12,953 nt of DNA from an uncultured bacterium (GCA_964606645.1 CAZSIZ010000052.1:550-13502); one strand, 5' to 3'; positions 1-7,505 are shown, numbered from the stretch's first letter. Made by a program: numbers and translations. Notes: generated by a model from the sequence alone, not told the origin.

Positions 1-885
1 AAAGACCGGGATATCGCGATGGTGTTTCAGAATTACGCTTTATATCCCCACAAGTCCGTCTATGAAAATATCGCGTTCCACATGCGTATCCAGAAACTGT
101 CAAAACAGGAAATCGATCGGCGTGTGAAAGACGTCAGTCAAATACTGAAAATCGATGATTTGCTAGCGAATAAACCTAATACATTGTCGGGAGGTCAACA
201 GCAGCGTGTGGCGCTGGCACGGGCAATTGCACGCGATCCAAAAGTCTTTCTCTTTGACGAACCGCTCTCAAATTTGGATGCGCAACTGAGGGCCGGTCTG
301 CGAACCGAGATTCGCAGAATCCATCAAAATCTTAAAAAGAATGTGATTTATGTCACCCACGATCAAACGGAAGCCATGACAACGGGCGATCGGATTGTCG
401 TGATGAATGATGGCGCGATCCAGCAAGTCGGGACACCGCATGAATTGTATCATACTCCCCGGAATCGATTCGTTGCCGGTTTCATTGGAATCCCTTCAAT
501 GAATTTTTTCCAGGGAACCACGGAAATGGAGAATAACAACTTGTATTTTGTCTGTAATACATTTCGATTGAAACTCCATTCTTCATTATCAGAAAAAATT
601 GACATTGAAACTCAACAGCCAATCATCCTTGGAATTCGGCCGGAACATATTCTTGAAAAACAATCCATACCGAACCCGGACCGTGAACCTATTGTCATCG
701 CACAAGTCGAACGGATTGAAACCATTGGTTCGGAATCCTATATTTATCTCAAATCAGGTTCATTTTCGATTGTGATGAAACAATCTGCAGGCCGTATATT
801 GAGTCGTACCCAGGATATCGAAATCATTATTCAAACAGAAAAAGCCATTCTCTTTCATGCCGAAACAGGTGAGTGCATTTCCTGA
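1..885 (+). CDS. Sugar ABC-transporter ATP-binding protein (MalK/UgpC-like), 5'-truncated by window start; C-terminal TOBE/MalK-type regulatory domain
   Basis: Frame 1 is open from base 1 (KDRDIAMVFQNYALYPH...). It carries the ABC signature LSGGQQQRVALARA followed by the Walker B motif FLFDEPLSNLDAQLR, the D-loop and the H-switch (VTHDQTEA). A roughly 170-aa C-terminal extension resembles the MalK regulatory domain. Stop codon at 883-885. Confidence 0.9.
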   Translation, partial: KDRDIAMVFQNYALYPHKSVYENIAFHMRIQKLSKQEIDRRVKDVSQILKIDDLLANKPNTLSGGQQQRVALARAIARDPKVFLFDEPLSNLDAQLRAGLRTEIRRIHQNLKKNVIYVTHDQTEAMTTGDRIVVMNDGAIQQVGTPHELYHTPRNRFVAGFIGIPSMNFFQGTTEMENNNLYFVCNTFRLKLHSSLSEKIDIETQQPIILGIRPEHILEKQSIPNPDREPIVIAQVERIETIGSESYIYLKSGSFSIVMKQSAGRILSRTQDIEIIIQTEKAILFHAETGECIS

Positions 886-1084
886 TGAAACGCCGAAAAA
901 CGAAAGCAGGATTAATAAGGTAGGGTAAATCACGCTTGATCGTTCCACCACAGTGAAGCAAGATAGGCAAAGTCAAACATTCCTCAAGTATCACACTTTT
1001 TTTACCGCCCCCAACACCAACTAAGACCTAACTCGCAGAAATACAAGAACTTATAAATTATAATCACTTTTTTTAAAAAAAGGG

Positions 1085-1114
1085 TTGACAGGATTATTGT
1101 ATTATTGTTATAAT
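1085..1114 (+). promoter_or_regulatory. Sigma70-type promoter: -35 TTGACA (1085-1090), 18-bp spacer, -10 TATAAT (1109-1114); drives the GntR-SPFH operon
   Basis: Both hexamers match consensus exactly. The -10 lies about 30 nt upstream of the GTG start at 1147. An A/T-rich tract (CTTTTTTTAAAAAAAG, 1065-1080) sits just upstream of the -35 in UP-element position. Confidence 0.6.
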
Positions 1115-1127
1115 GTTCCATAACAAT
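1104..1127. promoter_or_regulatory. Putative operator: inverted repeat ATTGTTAT-N8-ATAACAAT overlapping the -10 hexamer; preceded by tandem direct repeat ATTATTGT x2 (1093-1108)
   Basis: A perfect 8-bp inverted repeat is visible in the sequence. It contains the GT...AC core typical of GntR-family operators. Its position over the -10 and +1 is consistent with autorepression by the downstream GntR regulator. Confidence 0.4.
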
Positions 1128-1146
1128 ATTTGATTGGAGCAATATC

Positions 1147-1524
1147 GTGAATTTTTCCATCGACGCGAAAAGTGGCGTGCCGTTCTACCGGCAGGTTATC
1201 GAGCAGGTTAAATTTGCTATTGGCCGCGGAGACCTGAGTACGGGTGACCGGCTGCCGACCATGCGTCAACTCGCGGTGGATCTTTCAATCAACCTCAATA
1301 CCGTTATCCGTGCCTATCGTGAGCTGGAGATCGAAGGAATTCTGGATACCCAACAGGGGACGGGAACCTTTGTCTGTGATTGCCAGCCGGATATCGACCA
1401 ACTCGAACGGCAGAGAATGCTCGATCAGATTATGACCGACATGCTCGCGCGCGCTTTGTCTTATGGTTTTACGCTGGACGATGTGCTCGAAGGGCTGCGG
1501 AAAAAAAAGGAGGAAAAATCATGA
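1147..1524 (+). CDS. GntR-family transcriptional regulator, short YtrA-like subfamily (125 aa)
   Basis: GTG start with GGAG 9 nt upstream. The N-terminal winged HTH (RLPTMRQLAVDLSINLNTVIRAYRELEIEGILDTQQGTGTFV) is the classic GntR motif. The short C-terminal helical region of about 50 aa matches the YtrA subfamily architecture. Confidence 0.85.
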   Translation: MNFSIDAKSGVPFYRQVIEQVKFAIGRGDLSTGDRLPTMRQLAVDLSINLNTVIRAYRELEIEGILDTQQGTGTFVCDCQPDIDQLERQRMLDQIMTDMLARALSYGFTLDDVLEGLRKKKEEKS

Positions 1525-2642
1525 GAAGCAAGAAAGACATTGCGTTTTCCCTTGAGAAGTTTGCGACCACACTGCGCGCGGATTTCCGCTTCGCACCGCT
1601 GAACGTGATGATACTGGTAATGGTTTTCATCATCGGACTCATTGTGCATCTATCAATTTACTCGTACACCATGGAAGCCGTCGTAATATGCATCGGCTCG
1701 GCACTGGGCCTTGCCATATTTCTTCGGTTGTTCCAGGTGTGGGAAACGACCATCGTATTGGGCACTGCCTACTGCCTGCTCACTTACTTGAAATTGCGCC
1801 CTGAGAGCACGGTCCTGCTGGTGACGATCGTTTTAGCCCTGTTGATTGCCTCATCGTTCCAGATTGCCTACCAGTGGGAACGTTCGGTGGTGCTGCGCTT
1901 TGGACGATTCCAGGCGCTTCGCAAACCGGGAGTGTTTTTTATCGTACCGATCATCGATAAAGTGGCCCAGTACGTCGATCAGCGGATTCGAGTCTCGGAT
2001 TTCAGCGCGGAAACCACGCTGACCGCCGACACGGTCCCCGTCAATGTCGATGCGATCGCGTTCTGGATGGTGTGGGACGCCCAGAAAGCCGTGCTGGAAG
2101 TCGAGCATTTCGACGAAGCCGTCATCCTCTCGGCACAGACCGCACTGCGCAATGCCATCGGTAGAAACGAATTGGCCGTGATGCTTTCCGAGCGTGACCG
2201 CCTCGGTCAGGAAATCCAAAAAACACTCGATGAAAAAACCCACACCTGGGGGGTCACGACGCAGTCCGTGGAAATCCGAGACATCATCATCCCCAAAGGG
2301 CTTGAGGACGCCATGTCACGGCAAGCCCAAGCCGAACGCGAACGCCAAAGCCGGATCATCCTTGGAACCGCAGAGACTGAAATCGCCGAGAAATTCGCAC
2401 AGGCTTCGGAACAGTATCGTGACAATCCGGTGGCGCTTCATTTACGGGCGATGAATATGGTTTATGAAGGTTTAAGACAGAAAGGTTCGATGATTATCGT
2501 GCCTTCATCCGCAGTCGAATCGATGGGATTGGGGGCGCTCGGCGGCCTGACGGCCTTCGGGAAAGAGGCCGCGCGTGGGGCAGGGATGGATCCGCCAAGC
2601 GACAATAGTCCCAACGACACTTCAAGCGAACCGGCGAGCTGA
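1521..2642 (+). CDS. SPFH/band-7 (stomatin/prohibitin-like) membrane protein with 4 predicted N-terminal TM helices (374 aa)
   Basis: ATG at 1521 overlaps the GntR stop (ATGA). GGAGG lies 7 nt upstream. Four hydrophobic segments are followed by a stomatin-like SPFH core (VVLRFGRFQALRKPGVFFIVPIIDKV...VNVDAIAFWMV...IRDIIIPKGL) and a coiled-coil AQAERERQ region. The ORF-track frame is open from 1380 but has no RBS there. Confidence 0.85.
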   Translation: MRSKKDIAFSLEKFATTLRADFRFAPLNVMILVMVFIIGLIVHLSIYSYTMEAVVICIGSALGLAIFLRLFQVWETTIVLGTAYCLLTYLKLRPESTVLLVTIVLALLIASSFQIAYQWERSVVLRFGRFQALRKPGVFFIVPIIDKVAQYVDQRIRVSDFSAETTLTADTVPVNVDAIAFWMVWDAQKAVLEVEHFDEAVILSAQTALRNAIGRNELAVMLSERDRLGQEIQKTLDEKTHTWGVTTQSVEIRDIIIPKGLEDAMSRQAQAERERQSRIILGTAETEIAEKFAQASEQYRDNPVALHLRAMNMVYEGLRQKGSMIIVPSSAVESMGLGALGGLTAFGKEAARGAGMDPPSDNSPNDTSSEPAS

Positions 2643-2760
2643 GCCGATGGGTGAGGTCTTCATCCAACCTGTCTTTGTTACAAAAATCGAACGAAGCGTT
2701 GCTCAGGCATGAAATTCATAAGTGAAATCGTGGAATCATTCTGCGAATAGGAGAAAAAAA

Positions 2761-3042
2761 ATGAACAACTCAATGACGATTGACGAACTTTTGGATGCAT
2801 TGGCTAAGGTATTGATACGGAGTTTTATTGGGGGATTTATTATTCTTTTGTTTTGTGTTTTTATCATGCTAGCCGGAGATGATTTTGTTTATAAGATTCA
2901 CTCACAATGGTTTGATATATCCAAACAGCAATTTGATTTATTATGGTATGCAGGGATAACCCTTTTTAAAACATTCATATTCGTATTTTTCCTGATACCG
3001 TATATAGCAATCAGACTCATTCCCGTCAAAGAATCGGATTGA
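2761..3042 (+). CDS. Hypothetical small membrane protein with two predicted transmembrane helices (93 aa), AT-rich gene
   Basis: ATG at 2761 is preceded by AGGAGAAAAAAA. The ORF-track start at 2722 lacks an RBS. Two hydrophobic helices (FIGGFIILLFCVFIMLAG; LLWYAGITLFKTFIFVFFLIPYIAI). GC is about 34% against about 55% in the flanks. No recognisable family. Confidence 0.5.
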   Translation: MNNSMTIDELLDALAKVLIRSFIGGFIILLFCVFIMLAGDDFVYKIHSQWFDISKQQFDLLWYAGITLFKTFIFVFFLIPYIAIRLIPVKESD

Positions 3043-3066
3043 AATCGAATCACCGTCTGGTTGAGG

Positions 3067-3591
3067 CTAGAATGAAAGACCGTGCCACGAGGTGTGAATG
3101 ACATCCCCGCTACTGATAATCCCATTGGACGTCTGGTAAAGCAGTCTCTTGAACAGTCCGGAGGTCGCCGGACCGTAGGAGCCGACGCCAATGTCTTCGT
3201 CCGTGTCGGGTCCAAGGCCATGCAGCAGCCAATCCGACTTGCAGTCACCGGGGCCGTAAGCGGAATAGTCGTAGTTGTTCGTGGTACTCTGGTATTTTTT
3301 ACTCATTTCCCGGTAGGGATCATCCGGGATCGTCGTGATATAAGAAATCGGTGTGGTCAAACGCTTCAGTTCCGCCGCTGGATTACTGCCCATTTGACTG
3401 AAGTAACACCTGTTATCGATCCGATACATCATTAGGGCATCACCCAGGGCCTTCATGTCCGATTGCATCCTGGCGATCTTGGCTCGCATCTGAGCGTTCA
3501 GAAAATTCGGCACGGCGATGGCCGCAAGAATTCCGATAATCGCGACAACAATCAACAATTCGATCAGTGTAAAGCCCTTTTCCCGGTTCAT
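3067..3591 (-). CDS. Prepilin-type N-terminal cleavage/methylation domain protein, GspG-like (T2SS major pseudopilin-like) (174 aa)
   Basis: N-terminus MNREKG|FTLIELLIVVAIIGILAAIAVPNF has Gly at -1, Phe at +1 and Glu at +5. This is followed by the GspG-like LYRIDN...IPDDPY region. GTGAGG lies 7 nt upstream of the ATG. Confidence 0.85.
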   Translation of the reverse strand: MNREKGFTLIELLIVVAIIGILAAIAVPNFLNAQMRAKIARMQSDMKALGDALMMYRIDNRCYFSQMGSNPAAELKRLTTPISYITTIPDDPYREMSKKYQSTTNNYDYSAYGPGDCKSDWLLHGLGPDTDEDIGVGSYGPATSGLFKRLLYQTSNGIISSGDVIHTSWHGLSF

Positions 3592-3821
3592 CGTTCAACC
3601 TCACTTTTCCTACAGTTATAATATCTTGTTTTCCCCAAATATTAAGGCCCTTGCGAAACAATTCAGGGCAAAACGGATTATCGATATCGTATTATATCAT
3701 AGCATCCTTTCCCAATCTAGTGCTGATAAGCAGACTATGATAACATCCTTCGACCGTTCGCCTCGCATTCATTCGTCTTGCTTTCACTTTTGACCGCCCC
3801 GCCATTGAAGGAGACTGGCTT

Positions 3822-6800
3822 ATGCCCGTTGTAATCTTCAAAACCGCAAGAATGATAAAAGCACCGCTTCGGTGTTTTATCCTTTCGCTTTTTTTATGTG
3901 AGTTCGCATTCAATCCGCTCTTGTCCGAAGCGAGCGTCGATGAGATACGGCTATCGTTTATTCAGCCGCCAGTCGATTGCCGCCCGCATACTCAATGGTG
4001 GTGGGCGGGAAACGCCGTTACGAAAAAAGAAATCACTTGGCAGTTGGAAGCAATGTTTGCAAAAGGTATTGGCGGCGTCGAACAGATATCGATGGGTTCC
4101 GTCTACGAAAAAGGAAACAGCCCCTATCTTTCAGACGATTATCTCGAAATGCTCGAACACACCGTTCAAGCGACCAAACGGCTTGGAATGAACGTTTCGA
4201 TCAATTTCGGCGGCCCCGGCTGGGTGATCGGGGGTGCGTGGGTTCCCCCCCAGGACCGCAGTAAAAGCCTGGTCCCCACATTCATCGATCTGGACGGTCC
4301 CCGAACGTTTTCGGGGAATTTACCCATCGAATTAAGGCGTCCCGAACATTCGTGGGAATTACCGCTCAAGGAAATCACGACCGACGATCGGCTCGCCGCC
4401 GTTGTGGCGGGGAGACTGATCGATGGGCGTTTCGATGAAGCCTCGATGACCGTTCTGACTACAAACGTCGAAAATCGCTCTCTCCAGTGGAACGTTCCCA
4501 ATGGGCGATGGCGTATCATGGCTTTTTGGTTGAAATACACTGGCCAAGGCGGGGCCGTGGATCATTTCAATCGATCCGCCATGCGCCGTTACTGTGACGA
4601 TCTGGGGGATAAATTCCATCAGGCGTTTGGAGACGAATTCGGGAAAACGGTCGATTCATTTTTTTGCGATAGTTTCGAGGTTGCACTTGCACCGAATGGG
4701 ATTTATTGGACCAACGGACTGCTCGATGAATTCCGCAAAAGAAAAGGATACGACCTGACCGCTTATCTGCCCGCCGTCTGGTGGGAGATGGGCGAGGTGA
4801 CGCCCAAAATCCGATACGATGTCAACGAATTTCTGCATCAAATTGGATTGGAAGCGTTTTACCGGACCTTTCTTGATTGGTGCAGCGAACACGGTGTTCA
4901 AGGCCGAATCCAAACTTATGGCTTCGCTTCCGATAACATCCAGAGCGCAGGCATGACGCACATTCCCGAAATGGAAATCACCGCCGGTGAAAAGGACGCC
5001 GTACCCTGGTTCGACACTCGGATCGGCCCGAAAAAGTACGTGGCTTCCGGCGCTCACCTGTATGGAAGAAATATCGTCACGACCGAAGCCTATACGTTTC
5101 TTCATTGGCAGGCTTATCGCGCGACGCTCGAAGAACTGAAAATCGCGAGCGATGTGTTCTTGAAAACCGGTGCGAACAAGTTTTACAATCATGGGTATTC
5201 GTTTTCCCCCGAACGGGACGCCGTTCCATCGAGAAGCGGTGGAGCGGCCATTCACATCAGTCACGATAATGTGTGGTGGAAATACTATCCCCGCCTTGCT
5301 GAGTACCTCGCTCGCTGCTGCTGGATGCTGCGGCAGGGAAACTTTGTCGCGGACATCGCCGTCTATTCTCCATTGGCCAACCAGTGGACGCTCGATGTTT
5401 TGAACGCCCGGCGATGGACGAGAGATTTCCAGTGGGGAGACCTGGGAGAGTTGATCGTCGCGAACGGCTACGATTTCGATCTGCTCAACGACGATATACT
5501 GCAAAACTATGCCACGATCGAAAACGGCCAGCTGTGCGTTCGGCATTTAAATTATAAAACGATCCTCCTTCCAAATATACAGGCGCTTCCACTCGAAACG
5601 ATGAAATTCATTCAATCCTACGTGCGGCAGGGAGGCGTGGTAATCGCGCTGGAACGCTTACCCAGCCATTCCACTGGTTTACACGACTACCGAAAGAAAG
5701 ACCGGATGCTTCAAGAAATCGTCGCCGAAATGTTCGATGAGCCTCAAGGAGACGATGGGACCGGACCGAAGCAATACGGTGAAGGGCATACGTATTTCAT
5801 CAAGAACGTCATCGACCGGAGCGATCTTCTGGATCGAAAAAGCAGCGCTCTCGATCCTTTCCTCAACACCCTTCGGAAGCATGTCCCTCCTGATTTCGGA
5901 ATCGATTTCAATCGGGAAGGCATGAGAAGTAACGGCGGATTGACTTACATCCATCGGACGTTGAAAGACGCCGAACTTTATTTCGTCACGAATCTCCAGG
6001 ACCGAGCGGTCGAGTTTCCGGTGACGTTCCGCGTCCGCCACACCGTTCCGAGCGAATGGAATCCCTACACGGGTAAAATTCGCCCCATCCATCATTATCG
6101 CGAGCACCCGAACGGAATCGAAATTCCGCTTTCACTTGCTCCTTATGAATCCACGTTTTTTCTGTTCGATGAGGGAGAAACACCGACTCACGCCGTACAA
6201 AGTCATTTCAAGCGCATCACCCGGATTTCCAGCGATACGCTCGAAGCGTTGGCGGATCGCAACGGGACTATTCATACACGCCTGTCTCACGGGAAGGTTC
6301 AGCCGGTTCAGGTAGACGATCTTCCCGCTCCGTATGCCATTGAAGGCGAATGGAAACTCACCCTCGAAGGAGATGAATTCCCTCGAATCGAGAAAACACT
6401 CGATCGGTTGGTGTCCTGGACGCTGAACCCCCAAACAAAATATTTCAGCGGAACCGCCCGTTACGACATTTCGTTCGATATGCCTGACGCTTACCTTCGG
6501 GAAGATGTAGTATTGGAATTGGACCTTGGGAAAATTGGCAATGTCGGAGAGGTTTGGTTGAATGGGGTATCGGTGGGGACGGTTTGGATGAGAGGACAGA
6601 CATTGGATATGACGGATGCGCTGAAATCCCGCAAGAATAAAATGACCGTTTTCGTCACGAATACTTTAATCAACCGCGTTTCCAATTATAAAAAACCGAG
6701 ACCGATTCCAGACGATCTGATTCCTCTTTTCGGCAGCAAGACTCCTCCGCTTCCAAAAGGATCGCACAGCCCAATCGGATTTGAGCCATTACCCCCATCC

Positions 6801-6863
6801 GGCTTGATGGGATCGGTAACGATCCGAGCGTTTAAAAAGATCACTATCGATATCTCACATTGA
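3822..6863 (+). CDS. Secreted glycoside hydrolase, GH106-like (alpha-L-rhamnosidase family) with C-terminal galactose-binding-like beta-sandwich (1013 aa)
   Basis: GGAG lies 8 nt upstream of the ATG. The N-terminal signal peptide is ...FILSLFLCEFAFNPLLSEA. The stretch FIQPPVDCRPHTQWWWAGNAVTKKEITWQLEAMFAKGIGGVE matches the family-typical (F.NPP..RP...W.W.GN.TKE.I..LEAM...GIGG) N-terminus of GH106-like enzymes. The C-terminal GEVWLNGVSVG motif fits a GH2-type sugar-binding-like domain. Confidence 0.6.
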   Translation: MPVVIFKTARMIKAPLRCFILSLFLCEFAFNPLLSEASVDEIRLSFIQPPVDCRPHTQWWWAGNAVTKKEITWQLEAMFAKGIGGVEQISMGSVYEKGNSPYLSDDYLEMLEHTVQATKRLGMNVSINFGGPGWVIGGAWVPPQDRSKSLVPTFIDLDGPRTFSGNLPIELRRPEHSWELPLKEITTDDRLAAVVAGRLIDGRFDEASMTVLTTNVENRSLQWNVPNGRWRIMAFWLKYTGQGGAVDHFNRSAMRRYCDDLGDKFHQAFGDEFGKTVDSFFCDSFEVALAPNGIYWTNGLLDEFRKRKGYDLTAYLPAVWWEMGEVTPKIRYDVNEFLHQIGLEAFYRTFLDWCSEHGVQGRIQTYGFASDNIQSAGMTHIPEMEITAGEKDAVPWFDTRIGPKKYVASGAHLYGRNIVTTEAYTFLHWQAYRATLEELKIASDVFLKTGANKFYNHGYSFSPERDAVPSRSGGAAIHISHDNVWWKYYPRLAEYLARCCWMLRQGNFVADIAVYSPLANQWTLDVLNARRWTRDFQWGDLGELIVANGYDFDLLNDDILQNYATIENGQLCVRHLNYKTILLPNIQALPLETMKFIQSYVRQGGVVIALERLPSHSTGLHDYRKKDRMLQEIVAEMFDEPQGDDGTGPKQYGEGHTYFIKNVIDRSDLLDRKSSALDPFLNTLRKHVPPDFGIDFNREGMRSNGGLTYIHRTLKDAELYFVTNLQDRAVEFPVTFRVRHTVPSEWNPYTGKIRPIHHYREHPNGIEIPLSLAPYESTFFLFDEGETPTHAVQSHFKRITRISSDTLEALADRNGTIHTRLSHGKVQPVQVDDLPAPYAIEGEWKLTLEGDEFPRIEKTLDRLVSWTLNPQTKYFSGTARYDISFDMPDAYLREDVVLELDLGKIGNVGEVWLNGVSVGTVWMRGQTLDMTDALKSRKNKMTVFVTNTLINRVSNYKKPRPIPDDLIPLFGSKTPPLPKGSHSPIGFEPLPPSGLMGSVTIRAFKKITIDISH

Positions 6864-6888
6864 CTTAATACAGAACTTCTCAGATAAT
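6860..6888 (+). promoter_or_regulatory. Sigma70-like promoter for second pseudopilin gene: -35 TTGACT (6860-6865, overlapping hydrolase stop), 17-bp spacer, -10 GATAAT (6883-6888)
   Basis: Hexamers and spacing are read directly from the sequence. GAGAGG lies 9 nt upstream of the ATG at 6906. Confidence 0.45.
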
Positions 6889-6905
6889 GACCGAGAGGCT
6901 TTTCT

Positions 6906-7505
6906 ATGACCAAACAAACCGCTTTTACATTAATTGAACTGCTGATCGTTGTTGCGATTATTGGCATACTTGCCGCTATCGCCGTTCCGAATTTCCTGAA
7001 CGCTCAGATGCGGGCCAAAGTGTCGCGCTCCAAAGCGGATTTGCGGATGCTGGATAACCAGTCGTCGATCCGTCACATGGACGTCGGTCTCTGGCTGATC
7101 GATGGGAACGACTGTAACGCAACGTCCAAGTGCTGTTTCCCTGACGGATCGAGAATGTTCGGCAAGAAACCGGGGGAAGTCGGTGTCCCGTGCAAGACGC
7201 TTGGTGATAATCATTTCGACGGGCGGATCTGGGCTTTGATGACGACGCCGATCAACTATATCGCCTCCATTCCATTCGACCCGTTCGGCAAAGGATTGTT
7301 CTACGGGTACGAGGACAAGGAATGTTCCAATACCGTCGGTACTCACTGCTTCGTGTTCGCCGCCGGTCCCGACAGCGATCACGGAAACTGGGGCATTCCC
7401 TATCAATCCAGCAATGGGGTAGCATCGATAGGCGATATCTGGCGCTCCCGCAAACTTCGCAGCGGCGCTTACGAATGGATTGGCAAGGGCGATTACTGGG
7501 AATAA
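6906..7505 (+). CDS. Prepilin-type N-terminal cleavage/methylation domain protein, GspG-like pseudopilin paralog, Cys-rich (199 aa)
   Basis: N-terminus MTKQTA|FTLIELLIVVAIIGILAAIAVPNFLNAQMRAK is 32 aa identical to the 3067..3591 protein. It shares a C-terminal motif YQ[ST]SNG[IV].S.GD[IV] with that protein. Nine Cys residues in the variable middle suggest disulfides in an extracytoplasmic domain. Confidence 0.85.
   Translation: MTKQTAFTLIELLIVVAIIGILAAIAVPNFLNAQMRAKVSRSKADLRMLDNQSSIRHMDVGLWLIDGNDCNATSKCCFPDGSRMFGKKPGEVGVPCKTLGDNHFDGRIWALMTTPINYIASIPFDPFGKGLFYGYEDKECSNTVGTHCFVFAAGPDSDHGNWGIPYQSSNGVASIGDIWRSRKLRSGAYEWIGKGDYWE

Noticed and set aside
886-1060. Looked for a rho-independent terminator after the ABC ATPase gene, or a riboswitch or sRNA, in the 260-bp intergenic region
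   Set aside because: The T-run at 996-1002 is not preceded by a GC-rich stem. No conserved RNA motif is recognisable by eye.
1380-1520. Upstream extension of the SPFH ORF (ORF-track start at 1380)
   Set aside because: This frame overlaps the GntR gene. A GGAGG RBS and an ATGA stop/start overlap support the 1521 start instead.
2194-2454. Small alternative-frame ORFs inside the SPFH gene and GntR gene (2194..2454 +, 2207..2425 -, 1851..2243 -, 1244..1435 +, 1461..1649 -)
   Set aside because: These overlap well-supported genes in other frames. Their translations are basic and low-complexity, with no signals.
2722-2760. Longer starts for the small TM gene (2722) and PepSY paralog 1 (9566)
   Set aside because: Neither upstream ATG has a Shine-Dalgarno sequence. 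The downstream ATGs at 2761 and 9617 do, and 9617 gives a paralog-matching N-terminus.
3518-3793. 91-aa + ORF and the similar 6686..6967 - ORF sharing '...IIATTI.SS[IV]SVK...'
   Set aside because: These are antisense translations of the conserved pseudopilin N-terminal coding DNA. Their similarity reflects that conservation and is not a real protein family.
4656-5546. 296-aa minus-strand ORF. Also 8303..9115 + (270 aa), 6930..7613 - (227 aa), 5679..6107 - and 8845..9363 -
   Set aside because: All are antisense frames embedded in the large hydrolase and pseudopilin genes. None has an RBS or a recognisable domain, and the amino-acid compositions are skewed.
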